From the NCBI GenBank assembly GCA_028023455.1, contig JAQFVV010000003.1:13826001-13890000 (forward strand): a stretch of DNA of 64,000 nt, written 5' to 3'. A program made the position numbers and the translations under genes. How positions within the stretch are numbered: the stretch's first letter is position 1; every line of letters begins with the position of its first letter. The notes under the pieces were generated by a model. That model was not told the DNA's origin and did no database searches. It was given only the letters and a program-made list of their open reading frames with translations. The stretch is from Epiperipatus broadwayi (lineage: Eukaryota; Animalia; Onychophora). Positions 1 to 9,245 of the stretch are shown here, piece by piece.

Positions 1-40
1 ATTTTTTTTAAAAAAAAACCTCGCAATAAGAAAATAAAAG

Positions 41-1020
41 ACGATAATTAAAAATCAAACCACTCTCTAAAAACCAACTGTTGGTTTATTAAAAATGAAT
101 TGATTAATAAGGCTTTCCAACAAAAAAAAAAAAGCTCAAAATCAATAAAAAGCTGATAATATAAAAGCAAACCAACCATCCTCCAATAATTCGTATATTT
201 TGTTATATCTCTTTATATGTATTCTATATTCAAACACATATAAAATTAATATGCGAAGTTTCCAGTATATCGGCAAAAGATACTAAAAGACGAGAATTAA
301 AATTCAAACCAACCCCCCTCCACCCTCTAAAAACCAACTGTTAGTTTATTAATTAAAACTGTATTGTTTAAGGCTTTAAAAAAGAAGTTCAAAATCCAAA
401 AAAAAAGGGCGATAATTTAAAAGCAACCATCTAAAAACAAAGTGGTGTTTGTTTATTAAAAAGGCAAAAAAAAAAAAACCATATGAGTTTTATGTATAGA
501 AAGGGGTAAACCAAAAAATTTTTTTACTGTAGTATTATGTAAAAAAACCGATAATTCAAAATCAAAAAAAAAAAAAAAATCTTAAAATCAAAAAAAAAAA
601 AAAATCGATAATTTAAAAGCAAACCGCCCATCACCACCCCCTACACCATATAAAAATAAAGTGTTTGTTTATTAAAAACATAAAGAAATACCCATACGAG
701 TTTTATGTATAGAAAGTGAAAAAATAAATAAATTTTGTACCGTAGTATTATGTAAAGAAACCAATGGCCCGTGAATCGGTATATTGATGTGCATTGGGCA
801 AAAAAGAGGATAAAAAAAAATCGATAATTTAAAAGCAAACTAACCACCACCGCCCCCTACACCAATAAAAACAAAGTGTTTGTTTATTAAAAACGTAAAA
901 AAAAAACCCATATGAGTTTTATGTATAGAAAGTGAAAAAAAAAATTTTTTGTACCGTAGTATTCTGTAAAGAAACCAACGGCCCGTGCATCGGTATATTG
1001 ATATGCATTGGGCAAAAAAG
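41..1020. repeat. Degenerate tandem array, ~200-216 bp unit, with GC-rich hairpin
   Basis: CGATAATTTAAAAGCAA recurs at 410, 606 and 822 (periods 196 and 216), with weaker copies near 41 and 156. The last two units contain the imperfect hairpin GCCCGTG(A/C)ATC...GAT(G/A)TGCATTGGGC. Confidence 0.75.
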
Positions 1021-2565
1021 AACACCATCAAATGGTAGGGCTCAGTATTCATACTATTAGCAATTATTTTAACTAAGTACACTAAGGTGTTACTGTTACT
1101 TTTAACAAATTAAAGCTAAAGAAGGTATTTTATTACAACAATATAATTATTATAAGTAGATTATTAAGCATTATTCTTCTAAATTTCTTGTACAAAAATA
1201 AAGCATGGAGCACACATTGATAAAATACATTGGACTGGAAATGCTTTTTAACCATCAGTTTACAAGAAAAATGAACTAAAATTGTACAAGAACATCTTCA
1301 TTTAATGAGCAAGTGGAATATTTGAAGATAATGAGATTTCTAATTAAAATTTTAGGAACACAGTTTTTGTGGGAGACATAAAGATAAAATACTGCACAAT
1401 TCAATATTGATTGAGAAGATATAACTGTGAAAAGAACGATAACAGGCAATATGCTAAAGTTTTTCAGAAAGACAAGTATTTCTCAAAAGGATTTAAAAGA
1501 CAACATTGCAAAAGGTAAATAAAGGATCAGTGTGTGATATAGGAAAACAATGTATGGTTCACATATTCATTTGTTTAATCAATGCCAAGGTCATTTTTAA
1601 CTTTTGGTTCATCTTTGAATATCTAGTTCTTTATAAGATTTTAATTGGCCAAATTCATTTATAGTTGGTTGCTAATAATAATAGAATAATTGAATAGTCA
1701 GTTGCGTAAAAGTCAACTAACATTTGAGCATAGTTGTGAAAGGTTGACTTTCAATTTGAAAACTTTCAACTTTCAAATCCATCATTCTACCACTCCCACA
1801 AATCAACACATAACTGTGCTAATGCTGAAATGTGGATTAGATACATAACTGAGTTGGCTTTCTGAAAGAAATCTAAACTTGCTAAGTTCATTTACTAAAA
1901 AGTATTTTCAAATTGTAGCTGGATTCAAACTCATACTACGGGCATGTAGATGAATAAGCTATTTTGAGATCTATCTTCTTATACATACACACATATATAT
2001 ATTAAACCATAAGTACCAACAGCTAACTGTTTTTCTTATGTAAATTGCATCATCACAGCCAACACTTAAATAAATCAATAGTCAAAATAACACTCATTTA
2101 TAAAATATAATAATTTATTATCATGGTCTAAGATTTTATATAGACAAAGTCTGAAACGATTGAGACTAAATATGCTTAAAAGTTTTAAATAAATTTCATT
2201 CAAAGGAAAGACAAACTCAATACTTTAAATATAACAAATCATAAATGGCTGTGATGTAATTTACACATGATAATAAACTATAGGCACTTATGGTTTACTA
2301 TAGCTAAAATAGTGATGTGTAGTTTGTTTCAATGGTTAAAAAATAATTATTAATCTATCTTCATGTCTGACTGCTAAATGAAATTTATTTAAAACTTGTA
2401 AAAAGAATTGATTTCAAAACATCACAAGATCACCATTTCCTATGCTTGCACAAGCTGCTATTAGCAGTAGCAAACTTTCTATATAGTAGTGCCACCCAGT
2501 GGAAGCCTGAGTAATCAATGGATGCAAAAAGGTTTGTGCATAAAATCTCCATATAGTGCCTATTC

Positions 2566-2624
2566 ATCCAACATCCCCATACTTGTTTCTAGTTTGTGGC
2601 TTTCATCAGTGAAATGTTTTGGAT
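2566..2624 (-). ncRNA. Type I hammerhead motif, family A (degenerate)
   Basis: Minus strand reads ATCCAA-AACATTTCA-CTGATGA-AAGCCACAAACTA-GAAAC-AA-GTA-TGGGGATG-TTGGAT. The distal stem I pair ATCCAA/TTGGAT is intact. Confidence 0.6.
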
Positions 2625-2874
2625 CTGAAAGCACTGCACTTAGATCCAACGGTTTACTGCAATCCTCCAGAAGTCACCTTTTAATTATTTAGTTAACTTT
2701 AGCTCAAGATAAAAAAAACCCAAAGATTTCAACTGAAGCTCATTTCTTGTATAATCATATAGATCTGAACCCAATTCAGCATCTATACATTTTGGTGTCC
2801 TTGGTTATAGTTAGCTGAATAGATAAAAGGTGGTTGCTGGAGAGTTGCATTAGATCCTTAGATCTAGGTGTAGT

Positions 2875-2924
2875 GCTCTTCACTGATGAAAGCTACAAGC
2901 TAGAAACAAGTCTGGATATTGGAT
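2875..2924 (+). ncRNA. Type I hammerhead motif, family A
   Basis: TTCA-CTGATGA(2883-2889)-A-AGC-TACAA-GCT-A-GAAAC-AA-GTC(cleavage after 2912)-TGGA. The 5' distal part of stem I is deleted relative to other copies. Confidence 0.7.
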
Positions 2925-3318
2925 GAGTAGGCACTAGATGAGGATTTTAATGCACAAACCCTCTTGCATCCATTGATTACTAAGGCTTGCACTAAGTGAA
3001 ACTCCTGTATAAAAAGTTTACTACTTCTAATAACAGCTTATGTAAGCATAGGAAATGATGATCATGTGATGTTATGGTCATTTTATACCAATCCTGCCTA
3101 TGGGATGATGGTGACTGGTTTTTGATAAACCAAGGATACCAAAATGTATAGATGTTGAACTAGGTTCAGATCTACATGACTACACAAGCAAATAAGCTCA
3201 AGTTGAAAACATTAAGGTGTTTCCTCTTGAGCTCCTAGCTTTATAATTAATTAAATAGGTAAAAGATAGCTGCTGGAGTGTTGAATTAGATCCTTAGAGC
3301 TAGATGCAGTGCTCTCAG

Positions 3319-3377
3319 ATCCAAAGCTCCTCACTGATGAAAGCCACAAGCTAGAATCTAGTCTGGAAATATTGGAT
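3319..3377 (+). ncRNA. Type I hammerhead motif, family A (GAAA mutated to GAAT)
   Basis: ATCCAA-AGC-TCCTCA-CTGATGA(3334-3340)-AAGCCACAAGCTA-GAATC-TA-GTC(3361-3363)-TGGAAATA-TTGGAT. Confidence 0.7.
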
Positions 3378-3656
3378 AAGTGGGCTATAGATGGGAATTT
3401 TAAACACAAACCTTCTTGCACCCATTGATTACTTCGGCTTGTACTGAGGGGAAAGCTGTCTATTTCTAATAAGATTTAATTTCAATTTGATATGTTAAAC
3501 TATTTCCATCATCTATAATTAAATTTGAATGTCTAGAAAAATTTAAATTTTTTAAACTTTTCAAATACAAACAACTTCTTCATAATAACATATAAATAGA
3601 CAAAACAGATTAGTAATTACACACAATATTTCGAGTAGTATTATTTTTCACTCTTC

Positions 3657-3738
3657 TAGCATAGGAGTCAAACTTGCACCTTTAGATTCTTGAATAATGA
3701 ATTTTAAGCAATGCCCTAACAAACTGAGCTAGCCTGTC
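3657..3738 (-). promoter_or_regulatory. tRNA-derived segment (Pol III A/B boxes) in PLE 3' terminal region
   Basis: Minus strand reads GACAGGCTAGCTCAGTTTGTTAGGGC...GCAAGTTTGACTCCTATGCTAG. Homologous to 8494-8576. No complete cloverleaf. Confidence 0.5.
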
Positions 3739-4868
3739 AAATTCAACAGCCAGTAGCAATTTCATATACTTATCTTTGGTTCAAATCCTCCTAATTCCTT
3801 TATTTTTAAAAAAAAATACTTTTTTTCTAAGCATGAGATTAATTAGAGGTTTCCAGACATTATGGACTGCTACTCCAGAATGACTTATAGGTTTATTTGC
3901 TATAGCTATATGAGTAGCTTAGTTGAATCTTCTTCTTTGCACCTTTTCCTTTCTATTCAATATTTTTATATTTTCCCAATTGAACATATTTTCATTAATA
4001 CATACATGGTCTACTACTATAGAGACATCTGTTTCTTCTCTTTTAACCATTATTTTGTTTTCTTTCAATCGCTGTTCAATAGAGCAACAAGTCTCACTAA
4101 TATATCTCCACATTCACACAGTATTTCAAAGATGCAGTTTTGTTTTTCAGCATTTACTGTTTAGGCTTATAGAAGTTAGAATTCCTTCAAATAAGGTATG
4201 GCTGGAAAGCTGTTCTAATGTTATATTTATTGCAGATTTTCTTTAATTCATCTGCAATTTCTGGTATGTATGACACTACAGTATCAATAACTTTTTTTTT
4301 TGGTGTCTCTTTGTGTTGTTTATTAAAAGTTACCTTGATGACAGCTGATGAACAACCACTCATTCTTCATGAGAGTTTGTTCTATATAAACCTTTTTAAT
4401 TTCCAAATCATTGGTTTCCAAACAAACTTCCTTTGCTCTGTTCCATAGTGATAGTATAATTCCATGTTTTGTGCGTCTAGTATAATTGAATGTATAGGCC
4501 AGTATTTGTCAGTGTGGGTTGGTTTCCTATAAACTGTTCTTTTACTTTGCCCTGAAGGAGTCATGTCACAAAAACATCTAAGAATGCCACTTTTCCCCTT
4601 TCTGATTTCACTGTGAATTTGATGGAGATATGTTGTGATGTGAAACCCGAATGTCTGTAATTATGCTTCACTATGTGACCATATCACAAATGAATCATCA
4701 ACATAGTAAAGCCACACTTTAGATGGAAATGCTGTAGTAATTATGGCCGTGGTTTCAAGTTCTTTTATGTAAATGTTGCTAAGCAAGGGTAACAATGATA
4801 AGCCCAAGGCCATTCCTTGATTATGTTAAAAGAATTCCATTGAAAATATGTTGTTGTTATGCAGAAGG

Positions 4869-5632
4869 TGGCAAAACTCTCCATACAGTAGCATCACTCA
4901 GTACAAACCAGAGTAATCAATGGATTCAGAAAGATTTGTGCATAAAATCCCTATCTAGTGGATACTCATCCAATATCCACAGACTAAATTTTTTTGCTTG
5001 TGGTTTTCATCAGTGAGAAGTGTTGAATCTGAGAGCACTGTACCTAGATTTTAGGATCTAATGCAACCCTCCAGAAGCTACCTTTCACTGAGTGGACCAA
5101 TTTGTATGGAATTTTGCCTCTGTGTAAACAGCTTGTGTAAGCATAAAGAATGGTGATCATGTGATGTTTAGTGGTTCAACACCAATCCTGCCCAATAGCA
5201 TTATGGTGACTGTAGTTATTAAAGAACCAAAGACCCCAATAAGTATGGATGGGAAACTGAGTTCAGATCTATATGACTATACAGGCTAAAATGAGCTTGA
5301 ATTGAAAACATTAATGCATTTTCATTTTGGACTCAAAGCTTTATAGTTAGCTAATAAGATAAAAAGCTGGTTGCCAGAGGATTGCATTAGATCCTAAGAT
5401 CTAGTGCAGTACTCTCAGATCCGAGGCTCCTCACTGATGAAAGCCATAAGCTAGAAACTAGTCCGGGATATTGGATGAATAGGTACTTGATAGGGATTTT
5501 ATGTACAAACCTTCCTGCGTCCATTGATTACTCTGGCTTGCCCTGAGTGGTGCTACTATATGGAGAGTTTTGCCTCGGTGAAAACAGCTTGTGTAAGCAT
5601 AAAGAATAGTGATCATGTGATGTTTAATGGTT
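4869..5632. mobile_element. Hammerhead repeat family A, locus 2, inserted into the PLE RT
   Basis: Inverted partial copy (4869-5095, core decayed at 4968-5028), then a plus-strand monomer. AAACAGCTTGTGTAAGCATAAAGAAT recurs at 5126 and 5582 (456 nt). PLE RT sequence continues on both sides. Confidence 0.8.
5419..5476 (+). ncRNA. Type I hammerhead motif, family A (best preserved copy)
   Basis: ATCCGA-GGC-TCCTCA-CTGATGA(5434-5440)-A-AGC-CATAA-GCT-A-GAAAC-TA-GTC(cleavage after 5463)-CGGGA-TA-TTGGAT. Palindromic stem III ACTAGT; A-C mismatch at the first stem I pair. Confidence 0.8.
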
Positions 5633-8493
5633 TAGTTCCACTATAGTATTAATAGATAGAATTGTTTTTGTTTATAGACTATTATCATCATATAACCTTT
5701 TTTTTTAAAATAAACAATGCTTCATCAAATGATACAACATCTATAAATAAACTTTCCACATCAAAGCTTATCAACATGTCAGTTCTTTCCATTTTCATGT
5801 CTCTGTTTAATTCTACAAAATGTTTAGAACTCATGAAAAAGAACTGTGTCCTGTATGCCAATGGATTAAGAATTTTGAATAAGAAATCTCAACAAGTTTT
5901 AACATGGTGAATTTCTGGAACTAACAATGGGCCTTAATAAGAACTTTGACTTTATGGATTTTAGGTAATCTATAAAGATGAGAAATTTTGCTGAAATACG
6001 AAATTAATTTTCTTTTTTCTGAACCACAGAAATACTTGTGATGCTCCCGGAATAATGCTAGTAATTTTATTTCTGTATTTGGAATTGGATTTTTTGCCAC
6101 CTTTTTTTATATTAGCCTGCTGTTACAAGTTCTTGTATTTTATTATCATAATCAGTTTTATCCATTACAACTGTAATGTTATCATTATCAGCATGAAGAA
6201 TGATTATAGATGTATCCTGTTTGAGAGATTTAATAGCTTTTCTCTTATCACATGAAATGTTTGATTTCTGCTTTTGATGTTTCTCAAATGTCCTTTTAAC
6301 TCTCCAGCATAATTTTGCTGCTTCTAGAGGCAATTTTTGGGCAACTTCCTCGGATACTGCCATTATATCCAATAATGGGTCAATAGATGGTGTAATGGCT
6401 AAGTTTAAATATTTTCCAAGAACAGATAATTGAGCGTCTGTAAGAAGTTTAGAATTAAGATTTGAATTGATGAAGCTGATAGATCATTTGTTATATGACT
6501 TTTGAGATACCCATGAAAATTTGCAAGCTTCTTTTCTGGCATTTTTATCCCCATGTAATTTAGAATATGATCTTCTCACTGTTTGACAAAATCTTGAGAA
6601 GTCTTCATCAATAAATATATTTTTTAAAAAACATTCTACATTTTTAATAAAACAAAATTTGAAGAATATTTATTCTTTTACACAATAAAGTCTTGCTTGC
6701 TCTCTGAATAATCTTCTCAGCTCTCTCTTGAAGAAAATATGTTTAAATTGCAAAGTCTTAGGAACAATCCCTTCCAATTTACATAGAAAATAAAATGCTT
6801 TTCTACTTTAGCCAGTTTTAGACATAATTTTTCATGTCTAAATATCAACATAGCATCGGGTCAATATGAATTACTCAGTATTTGCCTTGATCATGATATA
6901 TTGGTATATTAGCTGTGATAATATGTTGGAATATTTCCATCATCTATCATTAAATGTTGAATGACTAGAAAATTTTAAACTTTATTTAAACTTTTCAAAT
7001 ACAATACTTTATTAGTAATAACACACAAATAGACAACACAGGTTAATAATTACAAAAAAAAAATGGCAAAAAATCCAATTCAAAGTACGGAAGTAAAATT
7101 AGAAACATTACTCTGAAAACATTGCAGGTACTTCAGTGATTCAAAAAAAAAAAAGGATTTAACTTTATATTTCAGCAAAATTCTCATCTTTAAGGACTAC
7201 CTAAAATCCATAAAGTGAATGTTTCATTAAGGCTATTGTTAATTCCAGAAATTCACCATGTCAAAACTTCTCGAGATTTCTTCTCAAAATTCTTATTCCA
7301 TTGGCAAGTTTATTTACAAATGAACCATGTGATAAAGCATTGTCTTTTATTTTAAAAAAAGTTATATGATGATAATAATCTATAAACCAGAACAACTATA
7401 CCTATTGATGGCATAATGGAATTATTAACCTTCTGCAAACCAACAATGTATTTTGAATATATCTCAGAATTCTTCCAACAAAATCAAGGAATGGCCATGG
7501 ATTAGCCAACATTTATATGGAAGAATTTGAAACCACAGTCATAAATACTACTTCATTTCCATCTGAAGTGTGGCTTTTCTATGTTGATGATATATTTTTG
7601 GTATAATCACATGATGAAGCACGATTACAGTCATTCTGGATGCACATCATATTCATATCTCCATCAATTAAATGCATAATGGAATCCGAACAATAACAAA
7701 AATTGGCAGTCTTAGATGTTCTTATGATAAAATTCCCTCAGGGCAAAGTAAAAGCAATAATTTAGAGGAAACCACATCCAATCATATCAGAAGCACAAAA
7801 CATGGAATTATACTATCACTATAGAACAGAGCAAAGGAAGTTTGTTTGAAACCATTGAAAAATAAAAAGATTTTATATAGAATAAACTCTCATGAAAAAT
7901 GGTTATCCATCAATTGTCATAAAGAAAAAACAGTTATTGGTACTGTAGTGTATCAATATATATCAGGAGTGGCAGATGAATTAAAGAAAATCTGCAGTCA
8001 ATAAAATACTAGAACAACTTTTCAAAATCATGTCATACTTTGAGGAATTCTAAATTCTACAAAGCCTAAATTGGAAATGCTGAAAAACAAAAACTGCTAT
8101 AAAATACTATGTGAATGTGAAAGTATATTAGTAAGATCTATCACCCTGTTGAACAGCAATTGAAAGAACACAACGAATGATTAAAAGAAAAAAAAACAGA
8201 TATGACTAAGTAGTAGACTATGTATGCACTAATGAATATATGTTTAAATGGGAAATATAAAAATATTGGATAGAGAGGAAAAGGTACAAATAAGAAAATT
8301 CAAAGCTGCTCATATGACAAAGATATATAGTCCAATAAGTCAACCTAGTGTGGCAATACATAATGTCTGAAAGCATCTAGTTAATCTTGCTCTTAGAAGA
8401 AAGTATATAGAGTAAAAAAAAAAAAAATCCGGCGGATTTGAACCAACTCTCATAGATAAGTATATGAAATTTCTATTGACTATTATTACCTTT

Positions 8494-8576
8494 GACAGAA
8501 TAGCTTAGTTGGTTAGAATATTGCCATAAAATTTGATATTCAAGAATCTAAAGATGCAAGTTCAACTCCTATGCTA
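8494..8576 (+). promoter_or_regulatory. tRNA-derived segment (Pol III A/B boxes) in PLE 3' terminal region
   Basis: A-box-like TAGCTTAGTTGG at 8501-8512 and B-box-like AGTTCAACTCC at 8559-8569. Confidence 0.55.
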
Positions 8577-8596
8577 ATATTGTCACTGTCAGGTCA

Positions 8597-8693
8597 GCAA
8601 CAACTGAAGAAGAATGGAGAATAATATTAGTCTACTGAATGTTGCCTTTGATAAAACAATAAAGGGTGGAGAATACTACTTGAAACAGTTGTC
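8597..8693 (+). ncRNA. Two tandem degenerate hammerhead remnants in PLE terminal repeat (family C)
   Basis: First: GCAAC-AA-CTGAAGA(8604-8610)-A-GAATGG-AGAATA-[deletion]...GTC(8630-8632)...GTTGC. Second: GGGTGG-AGAATA-CTACTT-GAAAC-AGTT-GTC(8691-8693). The minus copy at 3623-3657 keeps GAGTG...CTACTC-GAAA. No single copy is intact. Confidence 0.5.
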
Positions 8694-8784
8694 TAATTAC
8701 TAATCTGTTATCTATTTAAGCATTACTATTAATTACTTAACATGTATTGTCTATTTATGTGTTATTACTAATATTAGGGTATGA

Positions 8785-9245
8785 GCACAGACTTTCACAC
8801 GACCCACCACTCTCCACTCCATCTAATAACACTGATACACTTAAACATACATATGTTGAAAAGATAAATAATCACTAATATATGTATTTCACGCTAAACC
8901 AGCAATCATCAGTTGGTCCAGATTATCATCTCTACACATATATACTATAAGTGCTCAGATATATATTAAGATAGACAATCCTCATACTTTAATGGACAGG
9001 TTTCAATCTACTCCACACTCCAACTCTTCAACCGTCCATCCAATTGAAAATCTGACGATGGAATGCTCAAAGGCCACCCTGAGGCTGAGATTATTGTCAC
9101 ACCCATATTGACCTAAGGTCAATCTGAACCCCACATGTACAGGACATAATCCATTAAATACGCAAGGATGGGCAGACATCTCTATAATGTAATAACTGAA
9201 ACATAGGCTTATTTATACCTGTGTCTATATATATATATATAAATG
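8785..9245 (-). mobile_element. 461-bp family-B-related insertion with 16-bp target-site duplication
   Basis: TAATATTAGGGTATGA at 8769-8784 and 9246-9261 flanks the insert, which carries an HHR motif at 8875-8916. Confidence 0.75.
8875..8916 (-). ncRNA. Type I hammerhead motif, family B
   Basis: Minus strand reads CCAA-CTGATGA-TTGCTG-GTT-TAGCGT-GAAA-TACAT-ATA-TTAG. Core intact; mismatches at 10.1/11.1 and in stem I. Confidence 0.7.

Larger units (their letters stand above)
2417..3465. mobile_element. Hammerhead-containing repeat family A, locus 1 (inverted copy plus ~1.5 tandem monomers; retrozyme-like)
   Basis: 2417-2690 is the reverse complement of ~2815-3072. Plus-strand HHR cores at 2883 and 3334 are 451 nt apart. 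The array abuts the 3' end of the minus-strand PLE. Confidence 0.8.
3480..7060 (-). mobile_element. Near full-length degenerate Penelope-like element (pLTR-ORF-pLTR), interrupted by family A array
   Basis: Minus-strand remnants: N-terminal region (6112-6372, IIILHADNDNITVVMDKTDY), LPKIHK RT start (~5965), SFDVESLF, YVDD at 4694-4705, TVYRKPTHTDKY, and a GIY-YIG endonuclease remnant (3919-4113). Direct terminal repeats at ~3480-3620 and ~6900-7060. Confidence 0.9.

Noticed and set aside
2489-5016. Short ORFs 2489-2692 and 4795-5016, also 28947-29159 and 28954-29154
   Set aside because: Chance frames across the non-coding family A repeat.
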